A DNA stretch of 64,000 nt from a virus, in the IMG/VR virus record IMGVR_UViG_3300037628_000362, positions 1 to 64,000 of that record. One strand, given 5' to 3'. Within the stretch, counting starts at the first letter, position 1, and every line of letters starts with the position of its first letter. The notes below the pieces were generated by a model. The model saw only the letters and a program-made list of their open reading frames with translations. It ran no database searches and had not been told where the DNA came from. Shown one piece after another: positions 1-10,454 of this stretch. A program made the translations under genes and the position numbers.

Positions 1-224
1 TGATATGATACCTCAGCAAAACCAAGGATGGTGGGTAAAGATGGAAAAGGAACATCCCAAGGAGTTTGAGTGGCTGGATGACTACTGCCGCCGCAACCTA
101 TGGGGGCCGCGCGCCGCCCTCAGGAAGCACTGTAATCAGCACCTAATATACGGATGTCTTGGTCGCGACATAGGGGAAACGTCCTTCACTCGTTGGATAC
201 ACCTACTGCAATCAGAGGACCGCC

Positions 225-1421
225 TTGGACAAGAAAAAGAAAAGTAAGAACCCGCTCGACTCTTCTGTGATTCCACCCCGAAACGCCAAAGTGCATCTTG
301 GTGATACGATCGACCAGGATCTATCTCCGGGCAAGAAGGGCACTGTTACTGAGGTGTCTACTGAGCCGTTGACGGAGGCTAAGGTTCTCTCTGATGCCGG
401 GATTGACTTGTCTGAGTGGGAGGTCGGGAGGGCTGAACCAGGACAATGGCAAGGATACGCAAAACTTAGTGATGATACAATCGTTATCACTACGCTGTAT
501 CGGATGAAGCTAACCCTAAGGCCCCGCCCGGATCGCTGGGCTATTGAGGCAACTGACCTTTTTACTAAGGCAATGAAGGACCATAGGCCGGATTACAGTG
601 GATGGAAGCCGCCGCGAAAGACGCAAGGGGAGTGGCTGGCGATCGTCGGCTTGTACGATGTCCACTTTGGAAAACTTTGCTGGGCACCGGAGACGGGGAC
701 ACACTATGACCTCAAGATTGTTCGCAGACTCTACCGGGATGCGATTGAGCGCACGATGGCAGCGTGCTGTCCATACAAGATAGATCGCTGGTATTTACCT
801 ATCGGCCAGGACATGTTACAGTGTGATGGTATAGCATCAACTACGACGGCCGGAACACCGCAGGACGTAGACGGACGCTATCCGAAGATTGTTGCAGCTT
901 GCGAGGAGACGTTAATTGAAGCGATTGACAAGCTGGTCAAGGTAGCCCCGGTTGAATGCAGTTATCATGCCTCAAATCATGATCGTCATGCCGCATTTCA
1001 TATAGCCCGAACACTCGCGGCACATTACCGAACGGTAAAATCCGTTACGGTCGACGCTGACTGGAGGGCAAGGAAGTACATGCAGTACGGCAAGACGCTT
1101 CTTGGATTTTCCCATGGCGACAAGATTAAGCCAGCCAAATTGGCTACGCTGATGCCGCACGAAGCGCCAGAAGCGTGGAGTAAGACTACTTGCCGTGAAT
1201 TTCTAACAGGCCATATCCACCATGAGCGCGTAATGACTACCGCGGCAGACCAAATGGGTTCAGTTACTGTTCGCAGTCTTCGCAGTATGTCCGGTCATGA
1301 TGCATGGCACTACGAAAGCGGCTGGGTTTCAGACCGTGCCACAGAGGCTCACCTGTATCATAAGTTAGGGAAAGATCAGCTTCATTTTACATTTGGTGTC
1401 AAAGAAGAGAGCAGCGCATGA
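225..1421 (+). CDS. Calcineurin-like metallophosphoesterase
   Basis: Ordered motifs DVHFG, GQD, SNHD, SHGD and GHIHH are typical of the family. Confidence 0.85.
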   Translation: MDKKKKSKNPLDSSVIPPRNAKVHLGDTIDQDLSPGKKGTVTEVSTEPLTEAKVLSDAGIDLSEWEVGRAEPGQWQGYAKLSDDTIVITTLYRMKLTLRPRPDRWAIEATDLFTKAMKDHRPDYSGWKPPRKTQGEWLAIVGLYDVHFGKLCWAPETGTHYDLKIVRRLYRDAIERTMAACCPYKIDRWYLPIGQDMLQCDGIASTTTAGTPQDVDGRYPKIVAACEETLIEAIDKLVKVAPVECSYHASNHDRHAAFHIARTLAAHYRTVKSVTVDADWRARKYMQYGKTLLGFSHGDKIKPAKLATLMPHEAPEAWSKTTCREFLTGHIHHERVMTTAADQMGSVTVRSLRSMSGHDAWHYESGWVSDRATEAHLYHKLGKDQLHFTFGVKEESSA

Positions 1422-2203
1422 AAGTAATTGACATGACCGGAAAGCGATTCGGACTACTGGTAGTCATTAGCCGGTCAAAAGCCGTCAGCGGAGAGGCACG
1501 CTGGAAGTGTAGGTGCGATTGCGGGGGTTCGGCTGTTATGCGAGGAAATAGATTAAGAAATGGAAAACTTCCATCATGCGGCTGTCGCCCTAAAGGCTCG
1601 AAATCGAGGAGCCTGATTGGAGACCAGTTCGGGCTTTTGGTTGTTATTGATCGGGCTGAAAATTCAAAATACGGAAAGGTGCGATGGAAGTGCCTTTGTA
1701 ATTGCGGAAATATTTCTATTATTCAAGGGAACGCACTCCGTGGTGGTCAAAAGTCATGCGGTTGCCAGCAAGGCAGTTATACGCACGGAATGTCGTATAC
1801 CGGAACATATAATTCATGGAGAGGAATGCTTGAGAGATGCACGAACCCGAAACACATCAGCTATTACTTATACGGTGGCCGTGGAATTCAGGTGTGCCAT
1901 CGATGGAAGAAGTTCGAGAACTTTCTGACTGACATGGGAGAAAAACCGAACGGCAAGTCCATAGATCGTATTGATGGAAATTTCGGCTATAACCTTGCAA
2001 ATTGCAGATGGGCAACTTGTGTTGAGCAGAACAGCAACGCACGCAGTAATCGCTGGATTGAAACACCCCGCGGACGCCTGACCATCACGGAGGTCGCCAG
2101 TATCGTCGGCTGCACTTATAACACAATCCAATCTCGACTCAACCGCGGCTTCACCGGCGAGAAACTCTTCGCGCCACCAAGATCCCAAAAGCACCACAAA
2201 TGA
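1418..2203 (+). CDS. HNH homing-type endonuclease with duplicated N-terminal Cys-rich module
   Basis: Two G.RFG.L.V...W.C.C.CG repeats, YGGRGI.VC.RW and SIDRIDG..GY...NCRWAT; AT-richer than neighbours. Confidence 0.85.
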   Translation: MKVIDMTGKRFGLLVVISRSKAVSGEARWKCRCDCGGSAVMRGNRLRNGKLPSCGCRPKGSKSRSLIGDQFGLLVVIDRAENSKYGKVRWKCLCNCGNISIIQGNALRGGQKSCGCQQGSYTHGMSYTGTYNSWRGMLERCTNPKHISYYLYGGRGIQVCHRWKKFENFLTDMGEKPNGKSIDRIDGNFGYNLANCRWATCVEQNSNARSNRWIETPRGRLTITEVASIVGCTYNTIQSRLNRGFTGEKLFAPPRSQKHHK

Positions 2204-2300
2204 AACTCGACCCAATCATCATCCAGTACGCTCTTATGGTTTCAGGTTGTCTATGCTTCCTCGTAAGCAGCCTCATCGGTCTCGCGAACCACCTAAAACA

Positions 2301-4244
2301 ATGACAGCCGAACACGACTACTACAGCGACGTGCCCCTCGACCTCGCCGGCAATCTGGCGTTCCGTCTCGATCTGCGCCGCCGGTGCGCAAAGTCCGCCT
2401 CGCTGCGAGCTGCCGTCATGGAAGCCTGCCGCACAGATGTCATGTTTTGGCTAGCAGCGTTTTGCTGGCTGTACGAACCCCGCGTGCGCTTCGACGACAA
2501 CGGCCGGAGACTTCCGAAGCAGATTCCATTTATCCCGTGGGATCACCAACCGGCAATCATTCGAGAAATCAAGAAGAACCTTGGCGTCATCGATATAGGC
2601 GTCGAAAAGTCTCGCGGAGAGGGCCTAAGCTGGATCGCTTTACTCCTTGCGCTCCACGACTGGCTGTTTAATCCGTTATCTAAAGTCGGTATCGTTTCTC
2701 GTAATGAGGCAATGGCCGACACTCCTGGGAACATGGATTCCCTTCTGGCCAAGCTGGACTGGGAGCTAACTAAGCTCCCGAAGTGGATGGTTGGCACAAG
2801 GAATACAGACTGGTGTCGGAATCGGGCTGACCACTCTCTTGTTAATCTTCGCAACGACGCTCAGATCAATGCCTTTGCATCAACTGCCGACGCTGGGCAT
2901 GCCGGCCGGTATGAGTGGTTTTTTTGTGATGAAATGGCACTGTGGGATGCCGGGAAGGATACGGCTTTCCTGAATGGGCTCCGAGAGACCACGTACTGCC
3001 GACTTGTAGTCTCGACGCCCCAGGGGCCGACCGGCGCGTACTACGAGTTTATGCACAACCCGAGTGGTGCGATCGTTCGGATTAGAGTCCACTGGAGTCA
3101 GAATAACTCGAAGAACCGGGGGCTGTACAAGCTGGATAAGGAGGGCGTCCCGATCGCCACTGATCCAGAAAATAAACCCCTGCCGTCTCACTATTCGCCA
3201 CCGAGTCAGGACGTGCTCGACCTATACTCGCGACTGCGGGCCAAGGGGTTCGTCTTAGGGGCGCGCCTCCGATCTCCGTGGTACGACCAGCAATGTGACA
3301 GAGCAGATGCAACACCTAAGAACATCGCCCAGGAGCTCGACATCGACTACGCCGGCTCTATGTACCGCTACTTCCGCGAAGAGTTCATGCAGACGGCCGA
3401 GTCGACTATACAGACACCGCAATCCAGGGGCGACATCACCTATAATCCAGAGGATCTCGACTTCACCTTCGACCGATCTGCGAACGGGCCACTGAAGATA
3501 TGGTGTGCGCTGGATCACAAAAATAAGCCACCTCGTCGACAGTACGCACTTGGAGCCGATGTCGGGACCGGACTTGGTGGCTCACATACCTCGAACAGCA
3601 CGGTCGTAGTGATCGACCTGCTGACCGGCGAGCAGGTTGCGGAGTTCGTGTCAAACACAATGGGCCCGAACGATTTCACGGATTACTGTATCTGCCTAGC
3701 CAATATGTTCCACGGTGCCTACTTGGCATGGGAAAATAACATGATAGGAGGGGTCTTCACAAAGCGCATCTTAGACCGCGGCTATCCGGACATCTATATG
3801 CGTACGATCCTCCACAAGCGCAGTAAGAACAGGACTAAAGAGGCCGGCTGGCGGACAACCCCGCAGAATAGGCCGATCATGTTTGCCGCTGTCTACAACG
3901 ACGTGAAGAAGGAGAAGCTCATTGTTCGGTCTGATGCGATACTGGCTGAATTCGGTCAATATGTCTACATTGGCGGGAAAATCAAGCATATTGGGGCAGA
4001 GCGCACTGATGACGACAGCGCCAAGGGTGAGGCTCACGGGGACCGGGTAATAGCCCTCTGTGTCGCTTGGCAGGCAGCGAAAGACCGTCCGTTGCCAGAA
4101 AAACTGCCCGAGGCCCCGACAAAAGACCCCCCTGTGGATACCCTGGCCTTCCGCGATCAGATGCACGAAAACGCCCGTTCTAAGGGAAATAGCGACTGGG
4201 ATGAAACGACCAACGAGTCCCTCGCCAGTGGCCGGAACTTCTAA
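2301..4244 (+). CDS. terL: Terminase large subunit
   Basis: EKSRGEGLSW Walker A-like, FFCDE Walker B, VSTP motif III, GADVGTG and DRVIA RNase H-like nuclease acidic motifs; upstream of portal (ORF open from 2247). Confidence 0.92.
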   Translation: MTAEHDYYSDVPLDLAGNLAFRLDLRRRCAKSASLRAAVMEACRTDVMFWLAAFCWLYEPRVRFDDNGRRLPKQIPFIPWDHQPAIIREIKKNLGVIDIGVEKSRGEGLSWIALLLALHDWLFNPLSKVGIVSRNEAMADTPGNMDSLLAKLDWELTKLPKWMVGTRNTDWCRNRADHSLVNLRNDAQINAFASTADAGHAGRYEWFFCDEMALWDAGKDTAFLNGLRETTYCRLVVSTPQGPTGAYYEFMHNPSGAIVRIRVHWSQNNSKNRGLYKLDKEGVPIATDPENKPLPSHYSPPSQDVLDLYSRLRAKGFVLGARLRSPWYDQQCDRADATPKNIAQELDIDYAGSMYRYFREEFMQTAESTIQTPQSRGDITYNPEDLDFTFDRSANGPLKIWCALDHKNKPPRRQYALGADVGTGLGGSHTSNSTVVVIDLLTGEQVAEFVSNTMGPNDFTDYCICLANMFHGAYLAWENNMIGGVFTKRILDRGYPDIYMRTILHKRSKNRTKEAGWRTTPQNRPIMFAAVYNDVKKEKLIVRSDAILAEFGQYVYIGGKIKHIGAERTDDDSAKGEAHGDRVIALCVAWQAAKDRPLPEKLPEAPTKDPPVDTLAFRDQMHENARSKGNSDWDETTNESLASGRNF

Positions 4245-4305
4245 AACACCGTGACATTCGAGCGGCTGGTTGGTACACTAATTGGATGCAGAAGAACACA
4301 AATAC

Positions 4306-4452
4306 TCGGCGGCAGCGTGGAAGGACATGCAGCGTTTGTGTCGGGGAGCGTCAGCAGCGGCCCCATACCGCTAGACCCGACCCCACAGTGACTGATGGCG
4401 TCACGTAAGTTGGACGAAATAGCTGAGTCGGTATCGAATCCGGCCCGCCGAT
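4306..4452 (+). ncRNA. tRNA-like RNA with enlarged central domain
   Basis: TCGGCGG/CCGCCGA 7-bp acceptor stem, D-like arm with GG, T-like arm GTCGG-TATCGAAT-CCGGC, ~95-nt structured insert, followed by T6. Confidence 0.6.
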
Positions 4453-4476
4453 TTTTTGAAACAGGAGCAATCAAGA

Positions 4477-6255
4477 ATGGACCCAAATAACTCCACAGAC
4501 CGAGACCGTCTATTCAGGGCTGTCGAAAGTTCCTTCCGTTCCCTTGAGCCGTTTCGTAAGCTGAACCGGGGACTGGTTGAAGATTACGCTGGCGCCGGGT
4601 ACGGGGACACGAAGCCCCATCGGCGTGAGATGCACCTGAACCTGATGAATCAGGCCGTCGACGCATACACAATGACGCTCGCCGCCAACCGCCCCAGGGT
4701 GCTGATTACCACGAAACAACAGCAATTCAAGCCGTTCGCCAAGCGTTTTGAGATCGGCATCAATAACATGATCTCAGAGATTGGCCTGGAGTATACCCTC
4801 AAGCAATGGGTGATGGATGCCTTCTTCTGCATGGGCATAATTAAGGTGCATCTTGCCGATTCCGGCCAGGTCGAGCTTGAGCCGGACCTCTGGATGGATC
4901 CGGGCACTCCGTTCGCCTCAAACGTCAGCCTGGATAACTGGGTGCATGACGTGACGGCCCCTAAATACGAACAAGTGAAGTTCGCCGGCGACAGCTACAG
5001 GATGTCGTTCAAGGATGTCACAGAATCAGGGATCTACAAGGCAACAGAGGATCTACAGCCAACCTCAAAGGTAGCCGGAGGGGGCGACGAGAGGCTCGAC
5101 GCATTCGCATCTGGTACAGAGGTTGATGCCGACGAATTCGAGCCCATGATTGATCTGTGCGATATCTGGATTCCCCAGGACAATATGATTTACACGTTCG
5201 CTGTGAGCGATCGGAACTTCATGCAACTCAAGGGTGAGCCCCTGGCCGAGATGGAGTGGAACGGCCCAGAGTTCGGTCCGTATCATCTGCTCGGATTCAA
5301 CGATGTCCCGCAGAATATTATGCCGACTTCTCCGGCCTCGCACCTGGCCAGCCTGAACCGGATCATAAATAACATCATGCGGAAGCAGGCTCGCCGGGCC
5401 AGGAACACAAAAAAGGCCCACACGTACCCGCCCTCTGGAGACCCGGACGCCAAGAAGCTCGCTATGTCTTCCGACGACGACTGGGTCCAAGTTACGGACC
5501 CCTCGCAGATCGGCGAGGTGCAGATCGGCGGGGTCGACCCAAATCTCCAGGCGTTTATGATCGACTCGATCGATAAGTTCGATCGTATGGCGGGTAATCT
5601 CACCGCGATGATGGGCTTGGGTGTGCAGGCTGACACGGCCACCCAAGAGAACTTGATACATAAGGCCGCCAGTAAGAAGGAAGGCCAGATGTCGTACAAG
5701 GTTCTAGATGGTACGCGCGCGGTCATACGGGATCTCGGACAGCTTCTCTGGAATGACGAATTCAAGATCCTCCGCGGTGAACTTGCGATCCCGGGCACTG
5801 ACATGGTTGTCCAGGCAGACTGGACCCCAGAAGACAGGGAGGGCAATTTCCTGGACTACAATTTTGATATCGACATATTTTCGATGCCGTACCAGAGTCC
5901 CGGGCAACGGGTCCAGTCAATCATGCAGTTCCTCACTCAGATTTACTTCCCGGCAATCCAGGAGTTCCAGGCTCAGGGCGCCAACCTGAACGCGCAGCTT
6001 TTGACGGAAATCATGTCCGATCTGTCTAGTACGCCCAGAATTAGGGATTTGATCCAGTTCTCGTCACCATCCCTGGAGCAGGATCCGGGCCCGCAAACCA
6101 GTGTACATCCCGGCAATACGACGAGCACTTCCACGAGGCAGAATATCCCTACTGGCGGCACGACCGCCTCTCGCAGTACCGTAGCTCAGCAGGCGTGGCT
6201 TGGCCAATCACCGAACCCTGACCAGATCGCCTCGATGAACCTGCCACCGGCCTAA
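4477..6255 (+). CDS. Portal protein
   Basis: ~590 aa immediately after terL, TATQ motif, Gln/Pro-rich C-terminus, AGGAG RBS. Confidence 0.85.
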   Translation: MDPNNSTDRDRLFRAVESSFRSLEPFRKLNRGLVEDYAGAGYGDTKPHRREMHLNLMNQAVDAYTMTLAANRPRVLITTKQQQFKPFAKRFEIGINNMISEIGLEYTLKQWVMDAFFCMGIIKVHLADSGQVELEPDLWMDPGTPFASNVSLDNWVHDVTAPKYEQVKFAGDSYRMSFKDVTESGIYKATEDLQPTSKVAGGGDERLDAFASGTEVDADEFEPMIDLCDIWIPQDNMIYTFAVSDRNFMQLKGEPLAEMEWNGPEFGPYHLLGFNDVPQNIMPTSPASHLASLNRIINNIMRKQARRARNTKKAHTYPPSGDPDAKKLAMSSDDDWVQVTDPSQIGEVQIGGVDPNLQAFMIDSIDKFDRMAGNLTAMMGLGVQADTATQENLIHKAASKKEGQMSYKVLDGTRAVIRDLGQLLWNDEFKILRGELAIPGTDMVVQADWTPEDREGNFLDYNFDIDIFSMPYQSPGQRVQSIMQFLTQIYFPAIQEFQAQGANLNAQLLTEIMSDLSSTPRIRDLIQFSSPSLEQDPGPQTSVHPGNTTSTSTRQNIPTGGTTASRSTVAQQAWLGQSPNPDQIASMNLPPA

Positions 6256-6257
6256 AA

Positions 6258-6272
6258 GTGACAACGTGTCAC
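6258..6272. promoter_or_regulatory. Palindromic site GTGACAACGTGTCAC (copy 1)
   Basis: Exact 15-mer recurring across the window; just after the portal stop codon. Confidence 0.85.
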
Positions 6273-6305
6273 ATTGTACTTTTTCAGCAGAAACGGAGAA
6301 AAATT

Positions 6306-6635
6306 ATGAGAGATTTGAAGATTCGTGCTCATAAAACGCACTGCATTGGAGAAACGATTGAACTGACGGCCGGTTTTATCGATCAAGGCGATGTCAGAAC
6401 GGCTGTACCATTTGAGTTTGAAAAGCGCGGCCTTTACGAGGTAATCCCGGCATTCGCGACAATTGATGCAACAAACGCCCAGGTCCTTATGGATTCGCTC
6501 TGGGACTGCGGGATCCGGCCGACCGACGGAACAGGCAGTGCAGGCTCCCTGGCGGCCACTCAGCGTCACCTGGACGACATGCGCAATCTGGTAGGAAAGT
6601 ACAGTGGCATCAGGTTTGCGGAGGGATTGAAATGA
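6306..6635 (+). CDS. Hypothetical accessory protein
   Basis: ORF with GGAG RBS between portal and head genes. Confidence 0.65.
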   Translation: MRDLKIRAHKTHCIGETIELTAGFIDQGDVRTAVPFEFEKRGLYEVIPAFATIDATNAQVLMDSLWDCGIRPTDGTGSAGSLAATQRHLDDMRNLVGKYSGIRFAEGLK

Positions 6636-7105
6636 GCGACAGATACCATTTCCGCAGAGAGGATAACGACAAGATTGTCGTCGTCGACTGGGAAACCATG
6701 ATGGGAATGGACGGGCTCGGGTGTGTCGAGTTGCCGGACGGGGTGATCGCTAAACGGGTACGAACGAGCGAAAAGAATCTCGGAAAAAGCCCCGGGCCAG
6801 GATTCGTAAATGGTCCACCAATCATCAGTGATTCGATGGGGTTTGGGGAATGCCAGTTCCATGAATTCCAGGAACATCTTGACGCGGCCAAGAAAAATGA
6901 CCCCAGAGTCGGTGGGGTTGAGTTCAAAAAAGACCCTATTGTGCCTGAATACTATCAAGTTCATTGCGATTCCCCGGGGTCCTGGAAAGCATACATGAGG
7001 TCAAGGGGCTTCCATGACCATAACTCACGGAACGGCTCTGGGGCCATGATTTCAGCGGAGCAGTTAGAGGATGCAAAGAGACTGATCCTCGAAAAATTCC
7101 CATAA
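6632..7105 (+). CDS. Hypothetical head-cluster protein
   Basis: 157 aa, ATGA-coupled to upstream ORF. Confidence 0.65.
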   Translation: MSDRYHFRREDNDKIVVVDWETMMGMDGLGCVELPDGVIAKRVRTSEKNLGKSPGPGFVNGPPIISDSMGFGECQFHEFQEHLDAAKKNDPRVGGVEFKKDPIVPEYYQVHCDSPGSWKAYMRSRGFHDHNSRNGSGAMISAEQLEDAKRLILEKFP

Positions 7106-7188
7106 CAGACTATTGACAAGCGTATTGGCTGCAATAATGATAGGAGAATCAAGACAAGCCAATACGTCAATAGCGGAGGGAGTTTTTC

Positions 7189-8259
7189 ATGCCCGACCCA
7201 GACGCGCCTGAAAAAATTGAACTGAACGAGAGAGAGATTGCTATCGCTCAGGGTACTGACCCTGATGAGCCGTCGGAAGAGCCGGATCCGCAACCGGAGG
7301 CGCAGGTCGATGAGACGACCGACCCGCTGTCCGAAGAGCCCCAGGAGGAGACCGGGGACACTTCTGATAAGCCGTCTGATCCAGAACCGGAATCTGAACC
7401 GGTCGCAGAGGAGCAGCCCGAAGAGTGGGTCACGGGCCCGATCCGCGATCTCGCCGTAAGCTACGGCATGAATGAAGACGAGTTGAAAGACTTCGGCAGT
7501 GAAGAGGCATTCCGTAAGACTGCCGTTCTGTTCGATCGACATCTATCCGCTCCCCAGAAACAAGAGGAGCCACAACAGCAGGCTCCCCCGGCGGACCAGC
7601 CGCAAAAAGAAGAGACGCCTGCCCCCGAGAAGTTCGACATGGCGAAACTCCGTGAGTTGGACTATGACGCAGACAGCCTGAAGCTCTTTGAGCGTGCGGA
7701 TGCTGACCGGGAGACGATCGAGCGGCTTGAAGGGGCTGTCAAAGAAATGGGGCAGTTCATTGAGGCGCAGCGTGAATCCCAGAGGCAGGAATCCTCACGA
7801 CGGCTCTGGGATGAATTCCACGGCGCTGTTGACAATCACAACGAGGGTCGTTATGGTAAAAGTGTCGTCGACGGACATCCAACTGCTCTCTTAGTAGCGC
7901 ACGAGGACGCACGACGCAAGCTGTTCGATTCGATGGAGACAATTGTCGTTGGCCTCACTGCGAGGGCAAAGGACGCCGGTAAAGAGCCGGATATCCCGCC
8001 AATAGCGACCCTGATCGATCGGGCAGACATGCTGGCGTTCACTGAGGAGAACCGGACGGCAGAGATGAAGAAGATTCAGGAAGCTGCTTCGAGGCAATCG
8101 AGTAAGAGACGACCCGTAAGCGGAAGTCGGCCCGCAGCGAAGCCGGCACCGAAGCGGGAGCTTGAAGCTGGGGGCGACCCAGCCCAGGAATTGTACGACA
8201 ACCCGGAAATCAGCGCAATGTACGCGAAGCTACAAGAAGAGGAAGGCATGAAACCCTGA
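7189..8259 (+). CDS. Capsid scaffolding protein
   Basis: Acidic Pro/Glu-rich N-terminus, helical body, directly before the capsid gene. Confidence 0.75.
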   Translation: MPDPDAPEKIELNEREIAIAQGTDPDEPSEEPDPQPEAQVDETTDPLSEEPQEETGDTSDKPSDPEPESEPVAEEQPEEWVTGPIRDLAVSYGMNEDELKDFGSEEAFRKTAVLFDRHLSAPQKQEEPQQQAPPADQPQKEETPAPEKFDMAKLRELDYDADSLKLFERADADRETIERLEGAVKEMGQFIEAQRESQRQESSRRLWDEFHGAVDNHNEGRYGKSVVDGHPTALLVAHEDARRKLFDSMETIVVGLTARAKDAGKEPDIPPIATLIDRADMLAFTEENRTAEMKKIQEAASRQSSKRRPVSGSRPAAKPAPKRELEAGGDPAQELYDNPEISAMYAKLQEEEGMKP

Positions 8260-8329
8260 ATCTTACATAGTGTCACATCGAAAAGAACCTAACCGTTGCG
8301 GAGGGCGGTAGCAATAAGGAGGCCAGAAC

Positions 8330-9373
8330 ATGGCATTGCTCCCCCACCAAGTCGACGACTTCGTGAACTTGACCATTGATAACTTCAAGCGTACCAAGTG
8401 GACCGATCTCTCGCTGGAACACCAGGAGTATTGCGTCGCCGCAATTATGACTGATCGCAAGATCATCGAACGCGGCGGCCCGCAGATCAATTTCAAGGTC
8501 CAGACCAAGAATACCGGTACCGCCAGACCCACTGGTCTCTTCTCGGTCGATCAAACGGCCGTCGAGGACCTGACGATCGAGGGCACCGAGACTTGGACCG
8601 CCACCACGGCGAATTGGTCTTACGACATTTACGAAGACCTCTTCCAAACCGATAAAGAGACGATCATCCGTGAACTGGTTGTGCGTGAGCACGCCTGCAT
8701 GAACGATCTGATCGAGTTGGCCGAACAGCAAATCTGGACTGAGCCGACGGGCAGCGAAACTGATGCACCGCCGAAGGGTATCCCCTACTGGATTCAGAAG
8801 GACGCCACCACCACTCCTGGAGGGGCGTTTAATGGCGGCAACCCGTCCGGCTTCGCTGCTGGTTGTGCAAATATCTCCAGTCTTACCGTGCCCCGTTGGA
8901 GAAATTGGACATTCGGGTACACCTCCATCACTTCCGATGATCTGGTGGCCAAAACCAAGAAGGCTATTACCTTTACGCGGTTCAGGGCGCCGAATCCGCA
9001 CCCCGAACTCGCCTTCGGAAAGGGCGACCAGTCTGCTATCTACACCACGTACCGAGTCCTGGAGCCTCTCGAAAGATTAGCCGAAACCCGGAACGACAAT
9101 CTGGGTAAGGATGTGGCCAGGTATATGAATCAGGTTGTGATCGGTGGAGTTCCGATTAAGTGGGTTCCGTACTTGGAAGCGAACGACAGCACGGACCCCC
9201 TGTACGGGGTACAATGGAGTTCACTGCGACCCTATTTCAAGCGCGGAGCAAATATGCGGCGAACGAAGAAGGATGCCCCGCGGCAGCGTAATGTTCGCGA
9301 AGTCCATTACGATAGCTGGTACAACTACATCTGCACCAATCGTCGACTTAATTGGGTCGGGAGCACCTCGTAA
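8330..9373 (+). CDS. Major capsid protein
   Basis: 347 aa after scaffold, strong TAAGGAGG RBS, GG..I motif, G.P...VP and NRR C-terminal pattern of HK97-fold capsids. Confidence 0.85.
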   Translation: MALLPHQVDDFVNLTIDNFKRTKWTDLSLEHQEYCVAAIMTDRKIIERGGPQINFKVQTKNTGTARPTGLFSVDQTAVEDLTIEGTETWTATTANWSYDIYEDLFQTDKETIIRELVVREHACMNDLIELAEQQIWTEPTGSETDAPPKGIPYWIQKDATTTPGGAFNGGNPSGFAAGCANISSLTVPRWRNWTFGYTSITSDDLVAKTKKAITFTRFRAPNPHPELAFGKGDQSAIYTTYRVLEPLERLAETRNDNLGKDVARYMNQVVIGGVPIKWVPYLEANDSTDPLYGVQWSSLRPYFKRGANMRRTKKDAPRQRNVREVHYDSWYNYICTNRRLNWVGSTS

Positions 9374-9425
9374 GGGTCCATTGGCCTTCACATACACATT
9401 CAAATCTCCATAAGGAGCTTAACAA

Positions 9426-10331
9426 ATGAACGGTCTGAGTATCTTAGGAAACACCCTGTTTACGGGTCACATGGGTGAGTCTGGCCGTGGCCCGTCGCCC
9501 CGGTTGTGGCGGAAGGCCCACGCGGCCCTGGTCGACCCCGTCGGCGATGACATGGCAACGATGATCTTCAATGACTTTGACAACATCAATACGGTTACTG
9601 CAACCACGGCCGCGGCCGTTATTGGCCCTGGACACGGATATCACGCCTTCTTCGAGGACACGGGCGACCTTGACGACATTACCCAGCTTGGCAATACTCG
9701 CGACGGCGTGATTCGGATTAGCGCAGGTGACGGCGCCGATGATGACTCGGTGGCCATTATGACCGGCGGTGGTCGGGGAAGCGTCGGCACGATCAGCAGG
9801 GCGGCAGCCGCCGCAAGGTTGACGATTTGCGAATTCCGATTCCGCAAGACACTCGTTGCCAATGACAAGGGTTCGGTATTTCTGGGCCTCGGCGAACAGC
9901 CTGCCAGTGCCATAGCCCGCGCCGGCGTAGCCGATGGGATTATCGGCGCTGACGACAATCTCGCCGATGACGACTCGATTGGGTTCCTGATCGATTCTGT
10001 CGATGGCGACGCACTTTCCTTCCGCTATATGAAGGAAAGTGGCACGGAGACGATTGTCATTGCCAGCGCCCAGACGTTGGTCGCCAACACGTTTTACAAA
10101 GTCGGGTTCATCTACGACCCCTCGGCACCGGAGTCTCAGCAGATCGCCATCTACATAGACAACGTGGAGCAATCCACCTACGTCACGGGCACGCTAATGG
10201 ATGTCTCGGCCGACTTCCCCAGTGGTGAGTTCATGAATATGTGTGTCATCAACAAGGGATCGGTCGGAACAACGCCCGACGATATCGAACTCGACTGGTG
10301 GAGCTTCTATCAGTCTGGAAAACTCAGCTAA
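9426..10331 (+). CDS. Probable capsid decoration/structural protein
   Basis: Beta-rich 301 aa co-transcribed with capsid, strong RBS, followed by terminator. Confidence 0.6.
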   Translation: MNGLSILGNTLFTGHMGESGRGPSPRLWRKAHAALVDPVGDDMATMIFNDFDNINTVTATTAAAVIGPGHGYHAFFEDTGDLDDITQLGNTRDGVIRISAGDGADDDSVAIMTGGGRGSVGTISRAAAAARLTICEFRFRKTLVANDKGSVFLGLGEQPASAIARAGVADGIIGADDNLADDDSIGFLIDSVDGDALSFRYMKESGTETIVIASAQTLVANTFYKVGFIYDPSAPESQQIAIYIDNVEQSTYVTGTLMDVSADFPSGEFMNMCVINKGSVGTTPDDIELDWWSFYQSGKLS

Positions 10332-10367
10332 GCGTATCGTAAGCGAGCGTGCTAGCCACGCATGCTT

Positions 10368-10410
10368 GACGGCGTCATTGCTTCCTCCGTGGCGTGGCGC
10401 CGTCTTTTTT
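10368..10410 (+). terminator. Intrinsic terminator
   Basis: GACGGCGTCA/TGGCGCCGTC stem plus T6. Confidence 0.75.
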
Positions 10411-10454
10411 ATTGACCCGACGGAGGGAACTCACATTAACGGAGGACAAACCTT

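Noticed and set aside
1-2300. Small terminase gene upstream of terL
   Set aside because: No ORF here has supporting features; it may lie outside the window.
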